Shown: positions 35,364 through 48,759, counted from the first letter of the whole stretch. The stretch: DNA of 59,000 nt, filler included, from Sphacelaria rigidula (GCA_964200075.2; 5 parts of 5 records of this genome joined end to end with filler, not necessarily neighbours in it), one strand, 5' to 3'. Numbers and translations: made by a program. Notes: generated from the letters alone by a model not told the origin.

Positions 35364-38300
35364 NNNNNNNNNNNNNNNNNNNNNNNNNNNNNNNNNNNNN
35401 NNNNNNNTTAATTAATTAANNNNNNNNNNNNNNNNNNNNNNNNNNNNNNNNNNNNNNNNNNNNGCCCCGGAAAATCTCGGGAACGCTGTACTGAATGCAA
35501 GTAATACCATAAAACCAAGCTGCGACCAGCCTGCATTTGGATACCTGGGAAGGCTTATCTCGGTCAGAGGTATGGCCCCAACACAATCTTTGCCGTGGCA
35601 TCACACTCGACAACGATCCCCGCGCTGGTCGTTCGGGTCTGGTCGATAAACTTCGCCTCGCCGTGATTGGGCAGGTTGCTCGAAGACGTATTTTTTTATA
35701 TTCCACCAGTACAGTGTCAACCCTGTGTTAGTGGGGGGTCGGTCCCAGAAGGGTTAATACGTAGATTCCACCAAAAAGCCACCAGTTGTTTCTTGGCTGC
35801 GTTCGGGCTACGACGAACGCGCTCCCCCTACTTCGTCCATGTCTTATCCTCAATAGCAGACCATCCAAGGGGCGAGAGCGTGTTGAGATATTACATGTAT
35901 AGGTATTGCCCAGACCCCAGGTCATGAGCCATGAGTCATTGTCGGCTCACCGCACGGCGGAGCATGGTTTGGATAACAAGCCCAGTTGCAAGCAGCTCAC
36001 TCGTGGAGAAGCATAAAGTAGATCAATGCGGATGACCATTGTACGAATCAACCATGCAATAGCTCTTGTTTGGACAGAACATTATAAGATCCGTCCACAA
36101 AAGGGAAAAACACAACAGTGACTCCTGTTTTACCAACCGTAGCAATCGACTGCATTTACTCCATCACAAACACCGCGTGTTTGACGTACAACTTGTCCGT
36201 GTCTGATGCTGGGTATCGTGAGTGTTGTCGCGCAGTGCCCGGTGTGTAGGACGGCTACATGTAGGCTATCAAAAATGTGTTTTCTACTTCAAAACGTGAC
36301 GCCAGGTATTCATTCAAAAGCGTGTTTGAGTCTTGCATGCTCGCGGAAGTACGGCACGTTGCGCGTATTGGTGAGTTTTGTCATCGATGCTGATCAGTAT
36401 ATTCTCTGTCTCTTTTGCATTTGATCTCCATCCGATCGTCTATGCGCCGTGCCGCGTGCCCGGAATCGATGACAAGGATCCTGTCGTGCATGTGAGCATT
36501 GCATCTGTAGCGGGTGACGTAAGCAGCTATGTGGGCGCATCATCCGACGAGTCGCGGGGTACCTCGTTTGTGGGAGTGGGTGAAGGAGCACGCGGAAGCA
36601 ATGAGACAAGAGGAAAATGTGATGCTGGCGGAGATGGTTCGAGTAGCTCCAGTGAAAGCGAGAAGGACGATACCGCGCCGTCTGAAATTTGCATTGATGT
36701 CGATATGGTCGTTTGTAAGGCCGGGACTAGCTTATTTCAGGCGCCGTTTTTGACACATGGATGATGTTACTCGGTAAAAGTAGAGAGGAATCGCACGCAT
36801 GTGCCGATTCGAACTGCATGCACTCCCTACCTGGTACCGAAAACTATGCTGCAGCAAGTCATTTTTGGAGCCATGGAGCTGATAACCTTTCTCTACGGAG
36901 TGGGCCAGGTGGGCGCGAGTAGTCTTGTCCCTAAATTATGACATCTGCACGCGTGTTTCGTGCTCGAGATTCTAAAGATATACAAACGACCTAGAAGTGC
37001 ATTTTGTATTAAATGGAGCGTTTTTTGTGTCGTCATAACTTCCGAGCAGCGAGGTGTTGATCCTTTAACCATCAAGTAGGGTGGGTCATCTGGGTTAACA
37101 GTCATCTTCTGGATGAAAATGATGCCGATTCAACAGACTACCCACCCTGGCGGTCAAGGGCATTCTGTGGAGTCGGCATCATGTTACAGTACCTTGAAAA
37201 GTATAAAGAACAAGACTAAAATGACCTACCCTGGCTATCAAAGGGTTATTTGAGGTGTCTCATGAGATACAAACGAAAAATAATATACTTGGAACAACTT
37301 CATTTGGTTTGAAATCTTGAACGTACCGAGACGACCGACAATACCCGATTATTGTGGTTCTTTCACAGTGACCGAGTCACCGCGGGCATTCTGCCTGTCG
37401 AATGTTTTCCTTGCTACTTGATTGACCGAAATATAACCATCCGCAAGTGTTCACGCCGTTCCTTGGCGTTAGGTCGTTTCATATAGAAAGCATTTTGGGA
37501 GGAGGGCTTATGTTCCACTTTTGGGACATTTGACATGGGTTTCGGCTCCCAAACAGGGTTAATCGCCCCGCCGAAGGCGGTCCAGCTCATTTTTCGGATT
37601 CGCCTGGCCTTGAGGGTTCGAAAACGGCCTACGGACAAAAATACAGCTAGACAAAATGCGCTATCTGCAGCTTTGAAAACAAAAACTCAAGACACCGCAT
37701 TTCTTGGCTAGCTGTATTTTTAATGAAAAAAAACTGCAGACACTCCCATATTTCTGTCTAGCCATATATTGTTCAGAGGCCATTCTCGAATCCTCGGAAC
37801 CAAGCGAATCAGAAAAGTGGAGCAGACTCCTCTCAGCGGGGTGATGCAAAGTGTCCAAGACGTGTGTAAATAAATAATCCCCGTTCATGAGCCAAAACCG
37901 TGTCAAGTGTCCCGAAAGTGGAAGATCGCCCTCCAAAAAGTACCAACCGTATGAAAATGCGCATATACTATGGGTTATAACGAAAATTTTCAAGGAAGTT
38001 TTGAAGAACAAATCGCCGTTATCGGGGGTCCTAGGATACTGAGGAGTCACATGTACGTTTCGGAATAGACGATATTTTATAAGTTAAGGATGTTTTTGTT
38101 TTAGGATCAACCTTGGAAAACCTTCAAAAGTATCAAAGTATTTTCGAAGTAAAGATGCAAACGCACAGTTCGGCCGTGATGCGTCCCTAGCTTATCCTCA
38201 AAACAATCCGTCTGCAATGTGTAAAATTCCGTTGATACCGAACAATCCCGACCTCTGTAATTTCCCACGCGAAAAACTGTCTTGATTCCAATTTCACAAG

Positions 38301-39942
38301 GTGAAGTGGGTTTCCAATTTCACCAAGTGAAGTTGGTTTCTGCTGCGGTTAAAAAATCGACTAACTTTTTTTGCGACTCCATTTTTTGCGTCAAGATTCT
38401 TGCGATAGGTTTTTTGCTAGATTTTTCCACTCCAAAACCTCTATCGGTTTTGGCTTTTGGGGGATAACTTCGTCAAACAGACACCACACGCATCCTGCTC
38501 CAAGGGGCACCTGGACACACAGCAGTTGCCGCTGTCTACCTAGTATGATTCTCCAAATCGAAGTCTCTCGTGAGAACCCCCAGCGTTTGGTGCCTATGTA
38601 CAAGGGAGGATGAGCTTCATGTAGTATCACGCTTCAAAACGTACCTGACAAGGGGGCAACACCCCCGTGCAAACAGTAGCAATGCTAGCGGATCCTACGT
38701 CCTGAGAGTCTGTGACAGTCTGGCAGCCGGCAAGGTGGTCATGGTAGTGTCCTAGCGATGTCAACTTACAGTGCACTGGAGCAGAGTTTGCAGGTGAATA
38801 TTTCGGCGATTGCGCCTCACCTACACTTCTCCCAGATGTTGTGGATTTTTTCTCGATATCACCGAGTAACAGTAATGCATACATGTACAGGTGAAAGCAT
38901 ACCAGACTCTCCGTCACATTATAAGTCGAGGTGTACTAGATCATGCATTGTATATGGAAATGCACCCAACCATCGACAAAAGATTTCTACAGTCAGTACG
39001 AGCACGACGTTGGTAGTGTGATGCATATAGTGTGTTGTGTGTGTTGTCGTCCCATCTATTCTGGGCGGCCGTCCCCACCTTTCGGTACAGATAGCGTCAG
39101 ATGTTGAGAGTTTCATGGTTGAGAATCTCAGGCTCGTTTTTTTTTTAAAATAAGAAATTACGGATAAGCACTTGTGCTGAACCCAAAGAGGGAAATAAGA
39201 ATTAGAAACTGGGGAGTTACAAGAGGGACGACAGGTAAGAATCTGCAAGAGTGCACTGCACCTCAGAAAAATAAGAAACTGCCTCCACCACCACCATGGC
39301 TACGTCAGGCCAAGCAAGCTGCCTCCTCCCTTAAACCAGCAAACAATATTGATTTCCACTGGGACACCCCAAGGGTAATGACAATTTGCTGGCACACCCC
39401 ATGGATAATGACAATCGTAACGAAAGGTGTACAGTACTGTTCTGTATTTTGTTCCGATTTTGTTTGTCGGCACAAGACCGGTTTACGTACTGCTCACTGC
39501 TGGCGCACTGTACGGTCTTTCAACAGTCGAGACCACCTGCTCTAGATAGTTCCTTGATGAAACGTGGATGTTGTCAAGATTGAGCATGGGGCGGTTTGGT
39601 GGCCTGATCACTCGCAAGAGTCAGGAGCGCACCAAAGAATGATACGACTATCGTTTGCGTCGTGAAGATCAGAGCGTGCGTAGCATGAAGCTACCGTTAG
39701 CTGCATACAGCACGGAGGCAAGCGCGCCGGTGGGTTCGTGAGTCTTACTATAGAGCCTACTAACAAGCAGCAGGGGGGGGCTACGGTCGGAAGGGGCGGG
39801 CAGAACAGCCAGTGCGGAGATCAGAAACAGGCCCGAAAAAATCGGCAGTCAGTAGCAGGGGGAGAGTATTAACTCCCAACGTGTGTAATATAGACCATGT
39901 CGATTGAGTGGCTTTTCTGGCTACAGTAGTGCAACAGTGCTA

Positions 39943-40097
39943 CCAAGGGTCTGTCAAAAATGTATTTCGGGACACGTAGGCCCCAAGGTCGAAAATTCGA
40001 GTTTATGGGGGGGGGGACACACCCGGCCGTGTGTCCCCTGGTTTTTTGCCGAAGCGTTGGCGGATGCGGTCAGCTGCCGTAGACAGTAGAGATCCTT
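39943..40097 (+). mobile_element. Orphan left end of the MITE family seen at 45778
   Basis: CCAAGGGTCTGTC..ATTTCGGGAC.CGTA.GCCCCAAG..GCGTTGGCGGATGCGGTCAGCTGCCGT matches 45778-45925. Confidence 0.75.
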
Positions 40098-43000
40098 ATA
40101 CATATTATATGAGGTATAACATATAATATATTATATCATATGCGAAGTACTATATATTCATTCCAATTTTCAAATTGGCTGTTGTGTCAGGCTATTCCAG
40201 ATTCGGCATGAGATTTCTGTTACAGAAAACACTTTCGTTTTTACGGAATACTTTTGAAAAAACAGGAGAACTTTTGAAAAAACAAGGAGAGCCATTCGAC
40301 AAACTACTCGAAACATGACGCCATTATATGGAGTACAGGGTAGTACACTGAAAACAAGATAACTGTGCAGTGGTGTATGGAGTGCAGAGTACTACACAGA
40401 ACACAAGACAACATGGCAGTTCTGCAGTGTTTTTTTTGTTTGGAACTGAAGACGGACTGATACAGTATGCATCAGCTTCTCCTGTTGCTAGATTAATCTT
40501 GCCGTGGCCGCGAGCGCCGGCGCCGATGCCAACGGCAGCAGCCGTCATGCTGGCGGGTGCAAGCAGTACGCTGGCGGTGCAGTATGTCCGCACGGTGCTG
40601 TGCGTCGCTCCTTTAATTGGAGCATGGGGTCTGGCCCAGCCGGTCGAGCGGTGTATACTGGTGCCGGTGGCGTGCCTTTACCCAGCAGTGCTCGGTATCG
40701 CGCAAGTGATGGGTCCGGGTAACTTGAGATTTTGAATTGTCAACAGTCAAGTGTGTAGGCAGCACTGCGTCCTGACTGATACCATGTCACAGCTTGGCTA
40801 CAGATGGACGAACACAACAATACAGCACATCAAGCAATCTCAGCGGAGACCAAACCGTCTTCGCAAGGTCTAGACACACCCTAGAACAGTGATAGCTACA
40901 GCACATGAGAGCGGAAGTGAGTGTGTTTTTGCTGCAGTACAGGGGGACAAGACATGTCCCATGTTTTACTTCTTCGGCCGTGCCCTCAGTGCTTGCAGGG
41001 TGCTGATCTTGAACGCTGGGACATAATCGCCCTTCGCGCAAATGATTTTATTTTCGGCCAAGATACAGGCAGCCATGACAGCAGCAGAGGTGGCCCTTCA
41101 CTCCTGCGAGCGCAACCTGGGGCAAACGCACGCTGTAGCTACAACACGAACAGCTTTACAAAATGATATCCCGCGTGCACGTTGACCGCAGATACAAGCG
41201 GTTGCGCGCTTGATGTGGCGAACTGCATAGGACAGCGCGAAATCAATGCAGCACAGGGGTAGGCTGAGGATGTGGCGTTCTGTGATCTGCTTTGTCACCC
41301 TGCACAATGCCGCTGTGCAGTGAGCAGGTAGTACCACCGAAGGCGTAACGTCGCGGTTGGTACGCAGTGTCGAACCCATAGCAGCAAAGAGCATATTTCT
41401 GGTACAACAGACGAGAATGTTTGTTTTAAGACCGATGCGCACAGAGGGGGACCCGTATCTAGAGAAATCTGCACTAACTCGCCTTGTTCTTGTTGACACA
41501 TGAAAATATTTAGCAAAACACGCTCGTAACGTGTGCTGTGATGAATGTCATGCGTCATGCAGCTTTCTCCCATGTGCGGCATCGCCCGTGAAGCGAGCTG
41601 TTAAAGCTAACAGTGGCCAACCCTATTCCCGCGATGCTCCTGTCTGAGCTCGAGATGATTAAAACTGCGGAATATGACTTCAACTAGTAGAACGTACACC
41701 TCACCGTGATAAAAGCTTCCATATTATCGAAAAGGAACATCACTATATCTTCTTTCCATTCCATATCAATGTAAGAAGGAATAGGAAAATTGGAGGCGCG
41801 ATGCGAAGCAGAGCAATCTATATATGTATATACTATATATACAGATGATATCATACCCTCGACAACATATTATTTTTTCAAAACATGTATCGCGTACAGT
41901 GTCGACTATAGCATCTATTTGCAGGAGGCGCAATAGTGGATACTGTACGCAGCACAACGTCTGGCAGATGTAATTTTCGTCAGGGGTGTGGAAGATATTA
42001 CTTTCATTACCTGCAGATGTCACGACAGAGGATGTTCTCCTGGCCTACGCACTGAAGGCAACAGAATGAGTATCATTCTTCGCCGCATACCGCACAAGAT
42101 TTGCCCGCGAACGCAAGCGGCCTCGTCCTGGATCTGTGTTGTTTTCATCGGGTGGTGTCGGATGAGGAATGGAAGTAATTTTTTATATCACACAGTGCAT
42201 GTGTTCCCATTTTCTGGGGGGGGAGGGGGGGGGGTCGATTCTTCGGGTGGAGGGTTCTCTGATCGCTGGATGATGGCGATGACAGTTCCTTCACTGCACC
42301 GCACGTGTATTAATCTCACGGTAATTACATTTGATAACTTGGAGTTTGTACAGGCGATGGTGCAGCCATTTCCCGATATATGGGGCCCCTCGGTCGAGCC
42401 TCTCGGCATGCGAGCTGAAGAAATATTGTTCTGGAATAGCTGTACTGTACTGTACTGCACACAGCTGTGAGCGGCAGCAACGTCTTCTTTAAAAGCAAAG
42501 GTTTCGATTCCTCTCTCGCCCTCAGTACAACACTGGTGCGCCCAACTGCAGTTTATGAAAGCAATTTGGACTTCAGGTGACAGGTGACTGAGGTCTGTCA
42601 TGGGCCGAGAGTTGCAAGCGCTTCCACAACGCGAGTGTCAATCTTGAAGAACGTTTGTGGGCACTCGACTTTCCGGTGGTGACGGTGATCGTTCGCCGAT
42701 CCGAATCGATTTTTTTTAAACCTTGGCAGTTTGTATCTTCGAAGCTATCACGCTCAACATGGCATCGCTCGTCATGACTCGGGTTCACATCCGCTTTCTG
42801 AAGCGTAGGTGGCGGAGACCAGCGCCTCAGGCTGGGGCCCGAGAAGCGCGTTTAGAACGCGAGCGCCAGTCTTCGGACAGCGCCTAAATAAATACGGAGG
42901 TTCTACTATTGGGGAAGGGAGCATCGATCGCCAGACGAATACAACATATCGATTTGATGAGAGATGCAAGAACCTTCGGAGGCGAAAGTGTCGAAAACAC

Positions 43001-43692
43001 AACATATTTTTGTTGATACGCATGTTCTACCGCGTCGTCCAAAATCAGGAATATTCCCCAGGACAAACTTGGATCTGTTCCGTGGCCAGCACGGTCAATG
43101 TAACGGCGCTGCCCGCAACTCTTGTTCACGGAAGCGCTCTGGGATGTGTGTGGGTTTGAGTCGCGCGGGTTCACACTTTCAAGCACCTCAGAGCGCAAGT
43201 GATGGTCTTCAAAACAGATCAAATCAAGAGAAACAATATTGAAAGCTCACAAAAATCACCACCTCGGGCAAGAAACCTCACTTTTCGGAACAATCTTCCT
43301 GGAAGAGGAGGTGGCGAAAGTTACGCTTGCGTTGGATGCGCGCACCCATTATTTTCAATACAGTTTTCACAGAGTGGAGGCAAAGGGGCGTCATTTTTCA
43401 ACTGAGGCGTACTCCACGATGATTGCAACTTGCTGAGGACCGCCTCGTGCGCCGTCTCCGCCACACTCGGCTAGTGGTGTACCTCTGGGGCTGAAATGCA
43501 AAACATTTATCGCCGGATAATCTGACTCCCGACCACTGTGATGTTGTCTCTACCAGGAAAATAAATCAAGTAGCAATTCCATCCTCATTTGCATGGCCAA
43601 TCTTCGATCCTCCGCTGACGTTAAAACCCCAACAACCTACCTTCCCCACACAACCTACTCCTATATCCCTTGGTGCGCAGCGCGATCTCACC

Positions 43693-44484
43693 ATGTCCGC
43701 CGCATCAACCACCACTGCCAAGAAATCTCGCTTCGTGCCGAAAAAGGAGCGGAAGCGCCATCAGCGGAAGGACCGCGCGGTTTTCATCCCTCGACGCTGT
43801 GAGGGCCCGTCCTGCACGTCCGGTGCGGAATGCGACACGCTGAAGCGCTGCAGTCGCTGCACGCTTGTCATGTACTGCTGCCGCGCTTGCCAGGTGGAGG
43901 ACTACAAGAGGCACAAGGTAGAGTGCACGCACCTCGCCGAACTGGGACTGTGGGGACTAACGTTTGATGCCTCGGAACTGGAGCACTTCCCCCTGAGGAC
44001 CGCTCCCATGACGGACAGAGAGGAGGCGGCGGAGATTCCCCGCGATGCGGTGTGCGGCGTTTGTGGAGATAATGACAACGGACGCGTGACAAGGTCGAGA
44101 TGCTGCGGGATGGTGATTTGCGACAAGCAGGAAGACTACCAGATGTTCTCGTACTCGAGAGAGTTCTGTGATCGCAGCCACGACAGGTACACTCGCTGCG
44201 GTTCTCATTCCACCGAGCGTCACCGCGCTCCGGATTGGCGGAGCTGTGAGGAGTGCAAGGGGGAAGACGGCACTGTTGTAGACTCGGCCGGGAGGGTAGT
44301 CAGGTCGTGGTATTCCACCAATGCGTACAACTTCACGCCGGGGCTAATGGAGAGCTTTCCTAAAGGAAGCATGATCACTACAGACTGCAGGCTCTGCCAT
44401 AAGCGCATCGCCACGGGATTTGAGGCACACAGCTCGAAGATGCACAACGGAGAGTTTATCACGGCGTGCTCCGGAAAGTGTTGA
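43693..44484 (+). CDS. Intronless 263-aa protein: N-terminal MYND-type zinc finger plus a C-terminal Cys/His-rich domain of unknown function
   Basis: Clean ATG-TGA ORF with GC-rich codons. The MYND pattern is CEGPSC..LKRCSRCTLVMYCCRACQVEDYKRHKVEC. The second half has multiple CxxC and His motifs. Confidence 0.85.
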   Translation: MSAASTTTAKKSRFVPKKERKRHQRKDRAVFIPRRCEGPSCTSGAECDTLKRCSRCTLVMYCCRACQVEDYKRHKVECTHLAELGLWGLTFDASELEHFPLRTAPMTDREEAAEIPRDAVCGVCGDNDNGRVTRSRCCGMVICDKQEDYQMFSYSREFCDRSHDRYTRCGSHSTERHRAPDWRSCEECKGEDGTVVDSAGRVVRSWYSTNAYNFTPGLMESFPKGSMITTDCRLCHKRIATGFEAHSSKMHNGEFITACSGKC

Positions 44485-45777
44485 AGTCGCCCTGGATGCA
44501 CGAACTATAGCGGTGTTTTTTTGTGTCTCGGCGGTATACGCATGCTTACGCACGGGGACGACCGGCCTTGACGGAAAGAACCTACTGTAGGCGTTGAACC
44601 CGTGCAGTTCTTACGTCTCGATCAGTGTGGTGCGGGTCTGCGACGGCTTGCGCTTTTGGGGGTTTGATTTTCCACTTCCAATGATGCGGACGGTTTCTGT
44701 GCAGCAATCTCACATGCCCGTACTCCAACGTCCAAGGCTCGTCAAAGCAGGTCACGCTCCGTTTCTGACATGGGGTACCCCTGGTGTTGCACAGTACGAC
44801 GAAAACCCTTGTCGGGACACATTGCATGCGTGTATTTATTCGAATGTTGAGATGAGATGGATTGTGGTGCGTCTGAGTACCTCAGATAAAAGTTGATCGT
44901 TAGTTGCTTGTATTTAGTCAGATTGGTTCGGACCATTCCCCGTGCCTTGTTTTTTGTCCGTCTCTACATTGTGTTTGCCCACGCCGCCGTTTTTTCCAAA
45001 TTTGCGGCCCGGGCAGGTAAGACAGCCGAAGGTCTAGTGCACCTTCCTCGTGCCATCTGTTCGGCATCGAGTCTTCTAGTTTATTGGACTTGACAAGTAG
45101 TGATGTGTAGACCATCACGTACAGTAAGTGTCTTAGATATTTTTGCTGCGTCTCACTGCATTAGTCTTTTCGTTCGTTTGACTCCGTTGACTTCTCGTTT
45201 ATGCATAGTTTGCCCTTGTTGGTTTGTCTATCCTTCGCGCTCACGAAGGGTTTTTCCTTTCCACGTTTCTCTGGCACCTCGTGCTGCACGTCCAATATAT
45301 AGCTGCACCCACGCGGCGCCTTTTTCGCGGGTTTCACCGTGTTTCTTCGGCTGGTTGGCTGAGATATCGCCGGCCGTCCTCCGAAAAGGAAGCATCCGTG
45401 ACCATGATGCGACAGCAATCGCCGAACGTTGTCTTGTATTTTAGTTGTTTCGGGGTGGGGGTTTGGGCGCGTTTTTCACGGTACGCTTCACTTTCTTCTT
45501 TCCTTTTCCTTTTTTTGGCTACTTCTTATGTATCGAAAAATACAACGCGATGAGAAATACTTTTTTTACCCTTCTCCGTCGTTTTTGCCCCGAAAAGAGC
45601 GCTCAGCGGATGTTGACACCTTGGAATGACTTGCTTTACTCGCTGAGACCGTTCCAGAGAACCTTCACCTTCCCCGTAGGTCACAGTTTAGTCCTTGGGC
45701 AAAAAATCATTTTCAATAATATACGGTCAAGTTATCAAAAACAGGGGAGGAACTGCCATTTTTTTTTGACAATTTAA

Positions 45778-46377
45778 CCAAGGGTCTGTCGAGAATATAT
45801 TTCGGGACTCGTAAGCCCCAAGATAAAAAGAAATTCGAGTCTTGGAGTGGGAGGGGGGGGGGACACCCAGCCTGCTATCCCTTAGTTGAATACTGAGGCG
45901 TTGGCGGATGCGGTCAGCTGCCGTGTACAGAGATCCTTGGCATGGAGAACACTGAGATGACGGGCACACCGCCCCTCCAATCTCATCATGCTCCGTGTCG
46001 TGTGCCTCGACCATCTACCGCTAGTAGTTCGGGCAAATTTGGCGAGGCGTGAGATCATGTTGCTACTTTGGCTACAGGCTGCCGCTACCGTGCGCTTGTG
46101 TATTGTACGTGAGATATGTGAGCGTTGCTTGCATCCAAGGTCGTCAGGACAGGGCGGGCAAGGAGCAGAAGCAAATATACGAACCTCGCAAAGCCCGCCA
46201 GAATGTTTGGTTTTGGTGTCATCAATTTTCTTTCAACAATTTCAACAAGAATCACAACAAAATCACAAAAATAAAACCTCAAAAATCACGCCACTTTTCG
46301 AAAAATGGTCGCCCGGGGGGGGTCGGGGGCGGGGGCGGGCCTCCGTGTCCGAAATTTCTCTCTCGACAGACCCTTGG
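45778..46377. mobile_element. ~600-bp MITE with terminal inverted repeats and TTA(A) flanks
   Basis: TTAA-CCAAGGGTCTGTCGAGA..ATTTCGG ... CCGAAAT..TCTCGACAGACCCTTGG-C-TTAA. Confidence 0.75.
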
Positions 46378-46880
46378 CTTAACCGTTTGTTGATTGAAGA
46401 TGCAAGTTTGGTCAAAAACAAATAAGCATACAGGGGAAAACAATTCAAACGTACTGATGTACTCGTTCTGAAAATGCTGTGTAATAAGGCAGAGTCCAGC
46501 ACGCACATCCCTGCTGCATTGCATCGCCGTACAACACGGAATCTTACGAATTGGGCATGGATCTTTTGTTGGGAATGAGAAACCCAGAGAATTAAAATAT
46601 TCGTATCCACACCAAATCTTCGAAATATGGTTCCATTTTGCTTCGGCTCAAGAATTCTGGTATCATGTGTTATCCCGTTTTTACGTAGGGCAGTGTCCCA
46701 CTAGAATTACCGCAAATTGAAATACCGGCAACCACTACATATTAACAATCAGGCTAACCCGAAAATCGACGCTGACGATTATGTTATTGCTATCCCCTGC
46801 GGAGCTATCCACCTTTCCCCCATCAGGCGAGCCTGATTGACAGTCGTGTCTCTTGTTAAGTCCTGACTTTGAACGTCTGG

Positions 46881-47075
46881 CTACCCTACTCGCTGTTCCC
46901 CTAGCGCGACGGAGACGCCCTCTGCGCCCTCCCCCGCCTCCCTAACGTAAACCCTAAACGCCCTCGACTTCTGCCGTCCTGCTCGTTGAATCTGTAGTTC
47001 GGAGATTCCTCGAGTCGCTAGTTGCGTGGCCCCACCTATCCTGCCTGAGTGTAAGGCGTATTCGGACGGGTCTCT
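46881..47075 (-). mobile_element. C-terminal fragment of a tyrosine recombinase from a YR element (DIRS/Ngaro-like)
   Basis: DPSEYALHSGRIGGATQLATRGISELQIQRAGRQKSRAFRVYVRE contains the HSxRxGGAT box and the GR(W)xS.AF..YVR box with the catalytic Tyr. The conserved W is replaced by Q. Confidence 0.85.
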
Positions 47076-47819
47076 CCACCTGCACGGCTGACCATGGTTC
47101 TTAACGTGGTTACTGCTTTGTGGCGAAATCACGCCATCACGATTGAGTATATAGTGGATCCTGGATGATGACCAGGGGACAANNNNNNNNNNNNNNNNNN
47201 NNNNNNNNNNNNNNNNNNNNNNNNNNTTAATTAATTAANNNNNNNNNNNNNNNNNNNNNNNNNNNNNNNNNNNNNNNNNNNNCGTACTCATCTGTTGCTT
47301 GCCTTAGTCGTTTGACCATTGACCACGCATCCCTTTCGAGACGGGGGGGGGGGGTAGTATAAATCCAAGTGAATGAGATGCCAGGCGTGGTCAGACCCTG
47401 GAACACGAAGTGGCTCATGTGTTTAGAGTACGCTCCTGGACTCGGAGTAAGGATGTACTGTTGTATTCGGTGGTCGGGATATCGGTACGATGTGACCGTG
47501 AGTCAGGAAGATCGAACCGAGATTGGTGATTACAAGATCACCGGTGGGACGGTGATGCCTTGGATCTACCTGGAGACCATGCCGAACCCTGTATATAGGG
47601 ACGGTTTAGGGGGGAAACTCCTTCACCTATATCTATACCCTGTATGTATGTGTACTTTGGATCACTCGTGCAGCCCGTGCAACGGCTTGCTTGCAGAGGC
47701 GTTTTACATTGCCCTTTATTTATCACGCTGCTTTTATAGTGCTTCTTCGGTCAATGTCTACATTACTTCTGAAAGGGGAAAAACGGCGGGCGGGCGAGCG
47801 GGCGGGCGGGTGGGGGGTG

Positions 47820-48226
47820 GGAGGGGGGGCGTACTCATTTGTTGCTTGCCCATTTGACCGTTGACGAAGCATACTTTTCGAGACAGAGCACCGACGAAGT
47901 ACTCATTTGTTGCTTGCCTTGGTCGTTTGACCATTCACCACGCATCCCTTTCGAGACGGAGCACCGTTCCTACTCCTAATAGAGACACCTCCAAAATCTC
48001 GGTGCTCATTACATTCCTTCCGTACAAAACACAAAACCTCTTACACATCTTATCCCCGTGCTGTTTCGCCGTCTGTGGCGATCATTTATCTCTCATGATG
48101 GCCATCGTTTTCTCGCTACTGTCTAATGCATCAAACGACCTCATGCCACCTTCGTTCACGTTCCACGTTTCCTCCTCTAGAACGTCCCGTTCCTCCTTAT
48201 ATATCGTTCGGAGCAGTTTGGAGTAG
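47820..48226 (-). mobile_element. 5'-truncated LINE 3' region (ORF2 C-terminus plus tail), with additional tail pieces at 47283-47345 and ~58845-58890
   Basis: The minus strand reads roughly IYKEERDVLEEETWNVNEGGMRSFDALDSSEKTMAIMRDK*SPQTAKQHGDKMCKRF...GGVSIRSRNGAPSRKGCVVNGQTTKASNK*. Copies share the 3' end and differ in 5' extent. The LINE assignment is inferred, since no RT is in the window. Confidence 0.65.
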
Positions 48227-48377
48227 GGCGGAGGACGGGGAGGGGGCTAACAGTATCTGAGAGGTACGCCACCCCCTGCCCCCCCCCTCGAAGTTCGTAT
48301 CTCAACTCTCAAACCTCGGATGGGGGACACTTTTTGTCTCAAGTAATGAAACCTGAACCTCGGGTTACTTCTCCGTA

Positions 48378-48619
48378 CCTTTGGCAGCTGACGACCAGAG
48401 AGTAGACGCCACGGCGAGCACGCCGTCCCTGCTGTTGATTCGGCATTCCTTGTCGCACTGGTAAGCGACTGCGACTCCCCGACCAATGCTCTGTCGACAG
48501 AGCCACGTGCTCACAAGAAGCGCCGTCGCCCAAAGCCGCCTGGACAAGGCCTTGAGCTTGGCCGTCTCCCTCATAGTGCGTCTCTTTTGCATTTTCATTG
48601 CCTCTACCGTTTCCATCAT
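48378..48619 (-). CDS. Possible first exon of an unknown secreted or membrane protein gene
   Basis: M...RRLWATALLVSTWLCRQSIGRGVAVAYQCDKECRINSRDGVLAVASTLWSSAAK followed by a GTACGG donor-like site. No downstream exon identified. Confidence 0.3.
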
Positions 48620-48759
48620 GCCCCCCCCCCTTCCCCCCACGGGCACCGCTGACCTTCGTGCTGTACTTTAGGTACTGAGGCAAAACCCGCCAATGCAAGG
48701 GAAGGACAGAACGCATCGATTAGCTTGCGTTTTGGCGTACGAGAGTCAGATCCATTGAA

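Noticed and set aside
40490..40720. KDZ/Zisupton-type transposase fragment (GAVCPHG)
   Set aside because: Only one short motif is present, with no supporting downstream catalytic motifs in frame.
45530..45700. Conserved regulatory element shared with 56140-56280
   Set aside because: The similarity is moderate and both lie in repeat-like context on different contigs. An old dispersed repeat is the simpler explanation.
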